The notes beneath the pieces were generated by a model, which saw only the letters and a list, made by a program, of their open reading frames with translations, searched no databases and was not told where the DNA came from. Below are positions 1 to 9,695 of a stretch of 32,000 nt of DNA, one piece after another (the first letter of the stretch is position 1; each line of letters begins with the position of its first letter). Source of the DNA: Alkalilimnicola ehrlichii MLHE-1. Its GTDB lineage: Bacteria > Pseudomonadota > Gammaproteobacteria > Nitrococcales > Halorhodospiraceae. The position numbers and the translations under genes are program-made. The stretch covers positions 2,580,001 to 2,612,000 of the forward strand of contig NC_008340.1 of assembly GCF_000014785.1 (NCBI RefSeq). The letters run 5' to 3'.

Positions 1-1664
1 GCAGGCGGAGCGCTGCCGGGTCCCCCAGGTGGCCCCGGACCCCGAGTTCCACGTTCTCGCTCTGTTCCGGGGCAAGGGCGTGGGCCTCGTCCTTGATGCC
101 CTCGCGGATCACATCAGCACCGAGCATCCAATCACCCCGCGGCGTCCGGGTATCGGCACTCAGGGCTCTGAGGTCCGGGTACTTGAAGCCCTGGGCGTAG
201 TTCACCCGCAGGCTCGCCTGCGGGGCCAGCGCGTACACCACCCCGCCCTCCACCGAGGTGTTATCGCCCCCCACCGAGGCATCGTCAAAGCGCGCCCCAT
301 AGATGATGTCCAGCCGCTCGGTGGCCTGCCATTCGTGCTGGGCAAACACCCCGGCCTGCCAGCGTGAGCTGTCCTCCTGGCCTTCCACATTATCCCTGTA
401 CTCGAGATCCCGGTGCTCGAAGCCCGCCTGCACGGTATGCCGGACCACCGGTGTCCAGGTGCTCAGGAACTCGTTGGTCAACTCGATCAACGTCACATCA
501 CGACCCTGGAAGTCGCTCTCCTCCCGGCTCTCAAACCCCAGGTCCCGATAGGGGATGACCGCCACCGAGCGGTCTTTCTCATACCGGCTGTAGTGGATAC
601 GGTGATTGAGGGCCAGGCCCGCCGTCGCCTGCCAGTCGGCACTGGCGGCCACCTCCCAGCGCCGGTTGTCGTCGAGCCAGCGCACCGGGACGTTGAAGAC
701 CGGGCGGTAGCCGTCGTCATGCGCCAGGGCGGTGTTGGTCCTGCCGGCATTGATGAAGTCACGGCGGCGCTCCTCCCACAGGTGGCTGGCGTCCAGGCGG
801 ACGCTGAACCGGTCGCTGAACCAGTGCTCCAGCGAGCCCCCGAGGGTATGGACATCCGCCTCGTCGCGGCGGAACTCATCGATGGTGTACTCATCGGGCA
901 GATCCAGCTGGTTCACCCAGCCCGGTGCCTCGTCGCTGGATGGCGCCACGCGGTTTCCGGCAGGGCCGACACGGACCGGCGCGGTCGCCTCCTGTTGATA
1001 ACCATCCCGATGGCTGGCCTCCCCGAAAAGGGTGAACTGGGTATCCGCACTGCCGCCGAGCAGGTTGAACCCCACGTCATAGCGCGCCGCCTCGCCGTCC
1101 CGGGCCCGGGCGCCAGCCTGCACAGCCACACTGCCTTGCAGCCCCGGCCGGGGGCGCCGGGTCACGATGTTGATCACCCCGCCCAGGGCGTCCGAGCCGT
1201 AGAGCACACTGCCCGGCCCCTTGACGATCTCGATACGCTCGATGCGGTGGGTGGGGATGCGGTTCAGTTCATAGCGCCGGCTCGGCTCGCCGAGGACCCG
1301 GCGACCGTCGATCAGGATCACGGTGTCCTCCCGGGCCGCACCGCGCACCGAGTGCCCCGTCCCATCCGCGCTCACGAAGATACCCGAGTGGCTGCGCAGG
1401 GCCTCATCGAGAAGGGTCGCCCCACTGCGCTGGAGCTGTTCCGCGGTGATGACCTCCACACTACCCGGGCTTCGCTGGCGTGCCCGTTCGCTGCGGGTCG
1501 GCGCGGTCACAACCACCGGCGCCAGGCCGTAGGCCGCCTGGCCGTCAGCACCACCCGCCCCCAAGTCAACACCAGCCTGCCCCATCCCCGCGAACCCCAA
1601 CATGGCCGCCCCAAGCAACAGCCCGAGCCGCCGCGGGCCCCTTTCCGCCGGCCCCAGTGACCAC
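1..1664 (-). CDS. TonB-dependent outer membrane receptor (C-terminal part runs off the left edge)
   Basis: Manual minus-strand translation gives an uninterrupted plug/barrel-like protein: VITAEQLQRSGATLLDEALRSHSGIF...VRGAAREDTVILIDGRRVLGEPSRRYELNRIPTHRIERIEIVKGPGSVLYGSDALGGVINIVTRRP. This is a typical TonB plug signature. Proposed GTG start near 1664 precedes a signal-peptide-like RRLGLLLGAAMLGFAGMGQA. The ORF track omits it, presumably because it has no stop inside the window. Confidence 0.85.
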
Positions 1665-1829
1665 CGGGGCCGGCCATTTCGGGAGGCGTTGTCGCGGGGT
1701 TTAGCACGGCGGGACGGGATACTGCCTGGTTGGGTGGACATCGGTGCCCTCATTTCCTTAGGCCAGAGCAAGGAGGCCGACGCCGCAGCAATGGCGCGCC
1801 TCCACGGGGATCCATCTATCACGAGATAT

Positions 1830-1848
1830 GCGAATGGTAACGATTCGT
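1830..1848. promoter_or_regulatory. possible Fur-like box upstream of the TonB receptor
   Basis: GCGAATGGTAACGATTCGT matches GATAATGATAATCATTATC at 11/19 positions and contains the inverted repeat CGAAT-n7-ATTCG in an AT-rich patch of a GC-rich region. Confidence 0.25.
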
Positions 1849-2001
1849 ATTACGTTTAACAACCGAGTAGCCCGGTGGGTGGGGCCGTACAACGGCCCAG
1901 CAGGCTACAGCGCGGCGGTGCGGATGGTAGGATTGGGGCCTTGCGGCACGGCCGACTTCGCCCGCTCGTGGGCACCACCGCTTTCAGGAGGCAATAACAA
2001 G

Positions 2002-2793
2002 ATGGGATTTCTCAACGGCAAGCGCGCCCTCATCGTGGGCGTGGCCAGCAACCGCTCTATCGCCTGGGGCATTGCCCAGGCCATGCGTGAACAGGGCGCC
2101 GAGCTGGCCTTCACCTACCAGACCGAGAAGCTGAAGGGCCGGGTCGAGGACCTGGCGGCCAAGGTGGACAGCGACATCGTGCTGCCGCTGGACGTGGCCG
2201 AGGATGAGCAGATCGATGCCGTCTTCCAGCAGCTCGGCGAGCGCTGGGACGGACTCGACATCGTGGTGCACGCGGTGGGCTTTGCGCCCCGCGAGGCGCT
2301 GGAGGGTTCCTTCGTGGAGAATACCAGTCGCGACGCCTACCGCATCGCCCACGACATCAGCGCCTACAGCTTCGTCGCCCTGGCCCGCGCCGCCCGGCCG
2401 ATGATGCAGGGCCGTAACGGCTCGCTGCTCACCCTCTCCTACCTGGGCGCGGAGCGCTCCATGCCCAACTACAACGTCATGGGCTCGGCCAAGGCCAGCC
2501 TGGAGGCCAGCGCCCGCTTCATGGCCGCCGACCTGGGCCCGGAGGGCACCCGGGTCAACGCCATCTCCGCCGGCCCCATCCGCACCCTGGCTGCCTCCGG
2601 CATCGGCAACTTCAAGAAGATGCTGCAGTTCAACGCCAACGCCGCGCCGTTGCGCCGCAACGTCAGCACCGAAGAGGTGGGCAACGCCGCCGCCTTCCTC
2701 TGCTCCGACCTGGCCTCCGGCATCACCGGCGAGGTGCTGCACGTGGACGCCGGCTTCAACACCGTGGCGCTGTCCAGCTCACTGATGGAGTGA
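2002..2793 (+). CDS. fabI: Enoyl-[acyl-carrier-protein] reductase (NADH) FabI
   Basis: [48 protein letters not shown]...; SDR fold with the FabI-type Y-x6-K motif ([13 protein letters not shown]). The start is internal to the longer 1828 ORF. Confidence 0.97.
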   Translation: MGFLNGKRALIVGVASNRSIAWGIAQAMREQGAELAFTYQTEKLKGRVEDLAAKVDSDIVLPLDVAEDEQIDAVFQQLGERWDGLDIVVHAVGFAPREALEGSFVENTSRDAYRIAHDISAYSFVALARAARPMMQGRNGSLLTLSYLGAERSMPNYNVMGSAKASLEASARFMAADLGPEGTRVNAISAGPIRTLAASGIGNFKKMLQFNANAAPLRRNVSTEEVGNAAAFLCSDLASGITGEVLHVDAGFNTVALSSSLME

Positions 2794-2846
2794 CCGGTGG
2801 ACCGGGCCGCGGGTCACACCGCGGCCCGGTCTCCGCGAGGGGCGCC

Positions 2847-3248
2847 TCAGAGGTTATCCTCGATGGCACGCAGGATGTGGCGGGACTTGGTCTCGTCACC
2901 GAAGTGACCGACCCGGATCCGCACCTCGGAGATGTTGTCGGTCTTCTTCAGGACCCGGATGTGCACCGTCTTGTCGTCGGCGTCCTCCAGCTCGTAGCGG
3001 GCGGTCAGGCCGTCCGTGCGCCGGTCCACCTCGGCCAGCTCCAGTTGGCGGATGGCCGCCTCGGTGGCGTCCCGGCACTGCCGGTAGCCGCACTCCAGCT
3101 CCGAGCGCAGCTCACCGCGGACATAGGCCACGGCCCCCGCCGCCCCGCCGCCGGCCACCAGCGCCGCACAGCCGGACAACAGCACCGGCGTGCCGGCGAA
3201 CAGCAACACCCACATCAAGGGCAGGGCAAGCAGCCTTTTCTTCATCAC
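2847..3248 (-). CDS. DUF3568-like small lipoprotein
   Basis: 133 aa with signal peptide and lipobox (LLFAGTPVLLSGCAALVAGGGAAGAVAYVRGELRSELE...), followed by a short charged domain. Confidence 0.7.
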   Translation of the reverse strand: MMKKRLLALPLMWVLLFAGTPVLLSGCAALVAGGGAAGAVAYVRGELRSELECGYRQCRDATEAAIRQLELAEVDRRTDGLTARYELEDADDKTVHIRVLKKTDNISEVRIRVGHFGDETKSRHILRAIEDNL

Positions 3249-3341
3249 GTTATCTCCTGATGCATTCCGGGTTATCGATTGGGGTAATGGCCGGCGCCGG
3301 GCGCCGGAATCGGTTCACGAACATAGACCAAACCCGGGCAT

Positions 3342-3376
3342 AAAAAAACCCGCACCATTCGGCAGAACGGCGCGGG
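3342..3376 (-). terminator. Rho-independent terminator after lctP
   Basis: On the minus strand CCCGCGCCGTTCTGCCGAATGGTGCGGG is followed by TTTTTTT, about 45 nt downstream of the lctP stop. Confidence 0.75.
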
Positions 3377-3421
3377 CCTGCCAACTCCCCTCCGAGGGTC
3401 AGGAAGAGAGGGGAGAACGGC

Positions 3422-5257
3422 TTAGCTCAACGCGGGTCGGCGCCCCTTGTTGAGGGCCATAAAGCCCAGCCACAGCGCCGCCCAACCGATCCACAGCAGG
3501 TACCAGAAGTTCATACCGCCGACGATGATGGCCATGCCGATCAAGCCGGCCGCCAACACATAATAGACCATGGGCAGCAACGTCTTGCGGATGATGTCGC
3601 CCTCGCGGCCGATCAGACCCACCGTGGCGGAGGCCGCCACCACGTTGTGCACGGTCACCATGTTGCCGCCGGCACCGCCCACCGCCTGCAGGGCCACCAC
3701 CCAGGTCGCGCCGGAGGCGGTCAGGCCGATCTGCTCGGCTGTGGAGATCTGGAAGAAGGAGAACATCAGGTTACTCACCGTGTTACTCCCGGCCAGGAAG
3801 GCGCCCAGACCACCGATCAGCGGCGAGAACAAGGGCCACAACCCGCCCGTGAGGGTGGCCACCCCCTGGGCCAGCATCTCCGGCATGCTCGCCACCTGGG
3901 CCGCAGCGCCCAGCCCCACGCCGTCCTGCAGCGCCATGCGGATCTCCTCCACCGTCTGCAGGCCGTCCGGCGCGGAGTTGATGAACACCTGCACCATGGG
4001 CACGGCGAAGATCAACGCCACCCCGGCGGCGAGGATGGTCCGGCCCGCGGTCTTCCAGGCGTTGAGGTAGTTACCGTGGGTCCACATCTGGTGCAGGAAG
4101 TAGGTGATCACCGAGGTCACCAGCAGCACGAAGCCGGGCAGGTAGAGCGGTGTCGAGGCCGCGGTGATGCCGGAGCCGAAGATATCCTCCCAGGCAAAGC
4201 GCACCGACTGCAGCGCGTCCACCACCGGGTCGATGGTCCGGGTGAGCACCAGCAGCACCGCCACCACCACGTAGGGGGCCCAGGCCTGCATCTGGCTCAG
4301 GGCGAACCCCTCGGCCCGTTCGGGCGTGGTCTCATCCTGCAGCCGGCTGATCCATTCCGGTTCCCACTTGCTGCGCTCCTCGAAGTGGAAGGTGTCCTTG
4401 GGGATCAGGAAGCCCTTCCGGGCCGCCGGTACCACAATGGCCAGCCCGATCAGCCCGCCGATCAGCGACGGGAAGGCCGGCCCCAGCAGCGCCGCCACCG
4501 CATAATAGGGCACCACGAAGGCCACCCCCGCGAACAGGGCAAAGGGCCAGGCGCGCAGGCCGTCGACGAAGGAGCGGTTGGCACCGAAGAAGCGGGTGAG
4601 CATGCCCACCATGATCAGCGGCACCAGGAAACCGACCAGAGAGTGGATCAGCGCCACCTGCATGCCGATCTGATTCACCATCTCGGCGTGGGTGGTGCCC
4701 AAGGCCTCGATCACCCGCTCGGTAACGCTCTGGTCGGCCAGGCCGGCGTTCACCCCCACCAGGATCGGGGTGCCCACCGCACCGAAGGAGACCGGGGTGG
4801 ACTGGATGATCAGCGCCGACATGACCGCCGCCATGGCCGGGAAGCCCAGGGCCACCAGCAGCGGTGCCGCGATCGCCGCCGGCGTGCCGAAACCCGAGGC
4901 CCCCTCGATCAGGCAGCCGAACAGCCAGGCGACGATGATGGCCTGCACCCGCCGGTCCGGCGAGATGTCGCGAAAGCCCTGCTGTATCGTCGCGATGGCG
5001 CCGCTCTCCTTCAGGGTGTAGAGCAGCAGAATCGCCCCGAAGACAATGAACAATATGTTGAGCGCCACCACGATGCCGTTGATCGAGGCAGCCGCCACCA
5101 CGTTCAGGTCGGTGCCCCAGAAGAACAGGGCAACCAGGACGGCCACCACATAGGCCAACGGCATGGCATGCTTCGCCGGCCATCGAAGGATCACCAGAAA
5201 CAGCGCCACCGTCGCCAGTGGCAACAGGGCGAAAAAGACGAGCACTCCCAGATTCAT
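3422..5257 (-). CDS. lctP: L-lactate permease
   Basis: 611 aa multi-spanning protein with LctP-family signatures ([65 protein letters not shown]). Directly downstream of lutABC. Confidence 0.95.
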   Translation of the reverse strand: MNLGVLVFFALLPLATVALFLVILRWPAKHAMPLAYVVAVLVALFFWGTDLNVVAAASINGIVVALNILFIVFGAILLLYTLKESGAIATIQQGFRDISPDRRVQAIIVAWLFGCLIEGASGFGTPAAIAAPLLVALGFPAMAAVMSALIIQSTPVSFGAVGTPILVGVNAGLADQSVTERVIEALGTTHAEMVNQIGMQVALIHSLVGFLVPLIMVGMLTRFFGANRSFVDGLRAWPFALFAGVAFVVPYYAVAALLGPAFPSLIGGLIGLAIVVPAARKGFLIPKDTFHFEERSKWEPEWISRLQDETTPERAEGFALSQMQAWAPYVVVAVLLVLTRTIDPVVDALQSVRFAWEDIFGSGITAASTPLYLPGFVLLVTSVITYFLHQMWTHGNYLNAWKTAGRTILAAGVALIFAVPMVQVFINSAPDGLQTVEEIRMALQDGVGLGAAAQVASMPEMLAQGVATLTGGLWPLFSPLIGGLGAFLAGSNTVSNLMFSFFQISTAEQIGLTASGATWVVALQAVGGAGGNMVTVHNVVAASATVGLIGREGDIIRKTLLPMVYYVLAAGLIGMAIIVGGMNFWYLLWIGWAALWLGFMALNKGRRPALS

Positions 5258-5387
5258 GAGCCCAACACCTCCTCCGGATCATTATTGAAGTGGGCTGGCA
5301 AGGTCCTTTCCGGCTTCTCTATCCATCGGCCTTCCACCACGGCCAGCACCGCTTTCGCAGGCTTACTGCCTGTCTCTCCCCGGCCGG

Positions 5388-6047
5388 TTACGCCCCGGCC
5401 AGCAACACGAGCAGTCGGCGCGGCCCGTGGGCCCCCAACTGCATGGTCTGCTCGACATCGGCCGTCCGCGACGGCCCGGTAATCAGGTTGATGACCCGCG
5501 GCCAGTCGTTGCCCAGGCGCTCGCGCAACACCACCCAGGCGTCCTCGAAATGCCCGACCAGGCGATCGGCGTCCACCAGCACCACGTGGTAATCGGGCAG
5601 GAAATTCAGGGTGGTGGGCGTCTCCGGCCCGGAGCGCAGGATCACGGTGCCGGTCTCAGCCACCGCCAGTACCGCCTCACTGACCCCTACCAGGTCGTCG
5701 CCGGCACTGGCGCCCTCGGTGACCGAGAGCCCGGCTCCAGCCCAGTCCAACCCGGCCAGCGCCGGCGCCATGCGCGCTTCCGCGGCCACCCCCTGGGCCT
5801 CGAGCCAGGTCTTGAGCGCCGCCGGTGCCTGATCGCGGTCGGCGATCCGCAGGCACTCCCCGGCCACCTTCTCAACGCCCGCGGCAAAGAGTTCGGCCAG
5901 TGGCCGCGCCGGCAACGCGGGGCGCAGCGGGTTCTGCTCACCCCCATGGATGCGCTGGTCCAGCACCGCCCTGCGGCTGTCCGACAGCGCCGGCCGGCCC
6001 AGGCCGCGGCGGACCGCGCCGAGTATCCGTTCCCGCCCGTCACTCAT
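5388..6047 (-). CDS. lutC: Lactate utilisation protein C (LUD domain)
   Basis: MSDGRERILGAVRRGLGR...GLSVTEGASAGDDLVGVSEAVLAVAETGTVILRSGPETPTTLNFLPDYHVVLVDADRLVGHFEDAW; LUD-family signature. Start set at the second Met of the ORF. Confidence 0.92.
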   Translation of the reverse strand: MSDGRERILGAVRRGLGRPALSDSRRAVLDQRIHGGEQNPLRPALPARPLAELFAAGVEKVAGECLRIADRDQAPAALKTWLEAQGVAAEARMAPALAGLDWAGAGLSVTEGASAGDDLVGVSEAVLAVAETGTVILRSGPETPTTLNFLPDYHVVLVDADRLVGHFEDAWVVLRERLGNDWPRVINLITGPSRTADVEQTMQLGAHGPRRLLVLLAGA

Positions 6048-7470
6048 GACCGCGCCCCCCGCGCCGCTTCCAGGCACTCATAAAGGTCTCCCCCTGCGGC
6101 GCCGGGAGGACCCGGCCGCCGGCCATCCAGTTGCCGGCCAGCGGCACCCGGGTGAGATAACCGCGCCGGCCACCGAACGCCGCCAGCATCCGCGCCTGTA
6201 CCCGGGTGACCAGCCGATACGCAGCGGGCCGGCGTACCAGCCAGCCCCAGGCCGCCAGGCCCCAGCGGGTGCGGGCAGTGCCCAGACGGGCCTGGAACTG
6301 GCGATGGCGCAGGTTGCGCAGCAGGTCGGGCAGCGGGATGCGCACCGGGCAGACTTCCTGGCAGCGGCCGTTCAGGGTGCAGGCGTTGGGCAGGTCCTTG
6401 GCCTCGCGCAGGCCCAGAGTGAGCGGCGTGAGCACCGAGCCCATGGGACCGGGGTAGACCCAGCCGTAGGCGTGCCCGCCGATCGCGCCGTAGACCGGGC
6501 AATGGTTGATGCAGGCACCGCAGCGGATACAGCGCAGCATCTCGCGGAACTCATCGCCCAGCATGGCGGAGCGGCCATTGTCGATGAGCACCACGTGGTA
6601 GGCCTCCGGCCCGTCGGGATCGGCCGGCCGGCGCGGCCCGGAGAACAGACTGGTGTAACTGGTGATGTCCTGACCGGTGGCGCTGCGGCCCAGCAGGCGC
6701 AGCAGCGTCGTGGTGTCCTCCATGTTGGGCACCACCTTCTCGATCCCGGCCGTCACGATCTGCACCCGGGGCAGCGTGCTGGTCAGATCGCCGTTGCCCT
6801 CATTGGTGACGATGATGTTGCAGCCATTCTCCGCCACCAGGAAGTTGGCCCCGGTGATGCCCACATCCGCCGACAGGTACTTCTGACGCAGCACCTGGCG
6901 CGCCTCGTTGACCAGGTCCGAGACCTCGGTGAGCTTTTTCTTGTAGCCATACTTTGCGTGAAAGCGGTGGAAGAGCTCGGAGATCTCCTCCCGGGTCTTG
7001 TGGATGGCGGGGGCGATGATATGGCTGGGGGGTTCCTCGGCCAGTTGGATGATGTACTCGCCCAAGTCGGTCTCCACCACCTCCAGGCCGTCCGCCTCCA
7101 GGGCTTCGTTGACCCCCACCTCCTCGCCCACCATGGATTTGCCCTTGATGACACTACGGGCCCGGGCCTCGCGGCAGATATCCCGCACAATGTTGCGGGC
7201 CTCCTCCGCGTCCGCCGCCCAGTGCACCTGCCCGCCATTGCGCTGCACGGCCGCCTCGTAGCGCTCCAGGTAGTGGTCGAGATGCTCCAGGGTGTGGTTC
7301 TTGATCTCCACCGCGCGATCGCGCAGGGCGTCGAACTCGGCCAGGGCGCTCACCGCGTTAAAGCGCTTGAGCACAAACCCGTCCTTGGCCCGCGCCAACG
7401 CCGACTGCAGGGTGGGGTTGTGCAGGGCCGCACCGGCGCGCTGGACGAACTCATGGCTGTGCGATTCCAT
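6040..7470 (-). CDS. lutB: Lactate utilisation protein B, iron-sulfur cluster-binding
   Basis: HEFVQRAGAALHNPTLQSAL...; ferredoxin-like CIRCGACINHCPVY and CTLNGRCQEVCPVRIPLPDLLRNLR motifs. Start overlaps the lutA stop. Confidence 0.95.
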   Translation of the reverse strand: MESHSHEFVQRAGAALHNPTLQSALARAKDGFVLKRFNAVSALAEFDALRDRAVEIKNHTLEHLDHYLERYEAAVQRNGGQVHWAADAEEARNIVRDICREARARSVIKGKSMVGEEVGVNEALEADGLEVVETDLGEYIIQLAEEPPSHIIAPAIHKTREEISELFHRFHAKYGYKKKLTEVSDLVNEARQVLRQKYLSADVGITGANFLVAENGCNIIVTNEGNGDLTSTLPRVQIVTAGIEKVVPNMEDTTTLLRLLGRSATGQDITSYTSLFSGPRRPADPDGPEAYHVVLIDNGRSAMLGDEFREMLRCIRCGACINHCPVYGAIGGHAYGWVYPGPMGSVLTPLTLGLREAKDLPNACTLNGRCQEVCPVRIPLPDLLRNLRHRQFQARLGTARTRWGLAAWGWLVRRPAAYRLVTRVQARMLAAFGGRRGYLTRVPLAGNWMAGGRVLPAPQGETFMSAWKRRGGRGHE

Positions 7471-8252
7471 CAGTCCGCCTCCGCGTCGCCGATCCCGGGC
7501 CCGTCGGCCATGCCGGCCAACACCTCTGCGGTATGGTAGACGCGCACCGCGGAACCCGCCGCCTTCAACCGCCCCGCCATATTCAGCAAACAGCCCAGAT
7601 CGCCGCCGAGGAGCGCGTCGGCGCCGGTGGCCTCCGCGGCCTTGGCCTTGTCCGCCACCATGCGCCCGGAGATCTCCGGGTACTTGACGCAGAAGGTGCC
7701 GCCGAAACCGCAGCAAACCTCCGCGTCCTCCATCTCCACCAGCTCCAGCCCCTCCACCCGGCGCAACAGCTCACGCGGCTGAGCCTTCACCCCAAGCTGA
7801 CGCAGACCGCTGCAGCTGTCGTGGTAGGTCACCCGGCCGGGAAAGCGGGCCTGGACACTGTCGCCCGCACCGAGCACATCGGTGAGAAAGCGGAACAGCT
7901 CGAAGGAGCGGTCCGCCAGGTGGCGGGCCCGGCTCTGCCATTCGGCGGAGTGGGGAAACAGATCCGGGTACTTGTGCACGCTACCGACACAGGAGCCGGA
8001 GGGTGCCACCAGGTAATCGTAGGGTTCGAAGGCGGTGATCACCGCCCGCGCCAGTTCGGCGGCGGTGATGTTATCGCCGCTGTTGTGGGCCGGCTGCCCA
8101 CAGCAGGTCTGCCGGGTCGGCACCACCACCGTGCAGCCGGCCTGCTCCAGCAGACGGACGGCGGCGAAGCCGACATCGGGCCGGTAAACATCCACCAGGC
8201 AGGTCACCAGCAGACCCACCCGCGGGCCTCGTCGGGATTCGCTTGTCGTCAT
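7470..8252 (-). CDS. lutA: Lactate utilisation protein A, CCG-domain (Fe-S) protein
   Basis: VGLLVTCLVDVYRPDVGFAAVRLLEQAGCTVVVPTRQTCCGQPAHNSGD... and VCCGFGGTFCVKYPEISGRMV; cysteine-rich CCG domains. Confidence 0.95.
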   Translation of the reverse strand: MTTSESRRGPRVGLLVTCLVDVYRPDVGFAAVRLLEQAGCTVVVPTRQTCCGQPAHNSGDNITAAELARAVITAFEPYDYLVAPSGSCVGSVHKYPDLFPHSAEWQSRARHLADRSFELFRFLTDVLGAGDSVQARFPGRVTYHDSCSGLRQLGVKAQPRELLRRVEGLELVEMEDAEVCCGFGGTFCVKYPEISGRMVADKAKAAEATGADALLGGDLGCLLNMAGRLKAAGSAVRVYHTAEVLAGMADGPGIGDAEAD

Positions 8253-8324
8253 CAGTCGGGCTCCGGGTCCGCAGCATCGGCATCTGCCCTGATCCTGCGG
8301 CCTTTCTTATTTGGGCGAAATTAT

Positions 8325-8341
8325 TATTGGTCAAATCACTT
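8325..8341. promoter_or_regulatory. Candidate PdhR/LldR operator between lutA and its divergent regulator
   Basis: TATTGGTCAAATCACTT matches AATTGGTnnnACCAATT at 11 of 14 specified positions and sits in the divergent promoter region. Confidence 0.45.
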
Positions 8342-8518
8342 GCCCAGCACATGGTCTGACCGATCTCTTATACTTGTCAATAGTCGAGATAGCGCGCCCT
8401 GTCGAGATCGGAAGGGTCCCGGTCAACTGCGGTACAATGCATGCTTAGCAGCCAGGACAGCCCGTAGGGCTAGGCGCACCCGGTGAACCGCCCCGCGGAG
8501 GAGAGGCAATAGCGCACC

Positions 8519-9286
8519 ATGACCTTCAAAACCATAAAACCCGCTCGGCTCTCGGACTCCATCATCCAGCAGATCGAAGAGCTGATCCTCAACGGCGTGC
8601 TCAAGCCCGGCGACCGCCTGCCGGCGGAGCGCGAACTGGCTCAGGAGCTGGATGTCTCCCGGCCCTCGCTGCGCGAGGCCCTGCTCAAGTTGGAGGCACG
8701 GGGGCTGTTGAAGGCGCGGCCCGGGGGCGGCACCTTCGTGGCGGACATCGCTGCGCCGACGGTCACCGAGCCGCTGGTGGAGCTGCTCAAGGACCGGCCC
8801 GAGGCCACCTTCCAGATCCTGGAACTGCGCCACGCCCTGGAGGAGATGGCCGCCTGGTACGCCGCCGAGCGCGCCACCGAGGCCGACCGCGAGATCATCC
8901 GCCGGCGTTTCGAGGCGTTGATGGAGCTCTACGACACCAACGACGACCCGGACCTGGACGCCGAGGCCGACGCCGAATTCCACCTGGCCATCGCCGACGC
9001 CTCCCACAACGTGGCGCTGATCCATGTCGTCCGGGGGCTGTTCTCGCTGCTGCGCAACAGCATTACCCGGTCGCTGCACCAACTGAAGCAGCGCAACGAG
9101 GACTACGCCCCGTTACGCGAACAGCACCGGGCCATCTATGAGGCGATCATGGCGGGGGATGCAGCGCGCGCCAAGGAGGCGGCGAACGTGCACCTGACGT
9201 ACGTGGAGGAGTTCATGCGCAAGGGCATGGCCATGCAGGACCGCGAGGCCGTCTCCCAACGCCGGCTGCGCCGGATGCGGGACTGA
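8519..9286 (+). CDS. FadR-subfamily GntR transcriptional regulator, PdhR/LldR-like
   Basis: N-terminal wHTH (LSDSIIQQIEELILNGVLKPGDRLPAERELAQELDVSRPSLREALLKLEARGLLKARPGGGTFV) and FCD-like helical C-terminus. Divergent from the lut operon. Confidence 0.93.
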   Translation: MTFKTIKPARLSDSIIQQIEELILNGVLKPGDRLPAERELAQELDVSRPSLREALLKLEARGLLKARPGGGTFVADIAAPTVTEPLVELLKDRPEATFQILELRHALEEMAAWYAAERATEADREIIRRRFEALMELYDTNDDPDLDAEADAEFHLAIADASHNVALIHVVRGLFSLLRNSITRSLHQLKQRNEDYAPLREQHRAIYEAIMAGDAARAKEAANVHLTYVEEFMRKGMAMQDREAVSQRRLRRMRD

Positions 9287-9331
9287 CACTGATCACCGCG
9301 GGGGGTGGGTGTGGCGGGTGCCCTCCCCCTG

Positions 9332-9463
9332 GTCACTGCGAGCCCCCGACCCATCACCCGTCACTGCGAGCCCCCGACCCATCACCCGTCACTGCGAGCC
9401 CCCGACCCATCACCCGTCACTGCGAGCCCCCGACCCATCACCCGTCACTGCGAGCCCCGGAGG
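9332..9463 (+). repeat. 28-bp tandem repeat (4 full units plus a partial)
   Basis: Unit GTCACTGCGAGCCCCCGACCCATCACCC starts at 9332, 9360, 9388 and 9416, with a partial unit at 9444. It carries the first arm of the dispersed ~78-nt element. Confidence 0.95.
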
Positions 9464-9675
9464 GGCGCGGCAGTCCACGCCAGGGTATGGATCGCCGCGT
9501 CGCTTCGCTCCTCGCGATGACGGGGGGTGGCGCCCCCACCGTCACTGCGAGCGCGGCCCCGCCCCCACCGTCACTGCGAGCGCGGCCCCACCCCCACCGT
9601 CACTGCGAGGAGGCGAAGCCGACGTGGCAGTCTACCGCCCTGGATCGCCACGGGCCTGCAGCCCTCGCGATGACG
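9443..9675 (+). repeat. Repeat cluster A: dispersed ~78-nt structured palindromic elements
   Basis: Element at 9443-9522 (CGTCACTGCGAGCCCCGGAGGGGCGCGGCAGTCC...GGATCGCCGCGTCGCTTCGCTCCTCGCGATGACG), two truncated left arms, then a full element at 9598-9675. Confidence 0.9.
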
Positions 9676-9695
9676 GGGAGGGGGCGTAGGCCGCG

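Noticed and set aside
413-1660. 415-aa + strand ORF
   Set aside because: Antisense shadow of the TonB receptor, whose minus-strand translation gives convincing plug motifs.
3647-5482. 611-aa + strand ORF antisense to lctP
   Set aside because: Low-complexity His/Arg/Gly/Gln-rich shadow of a confidently identified permease.
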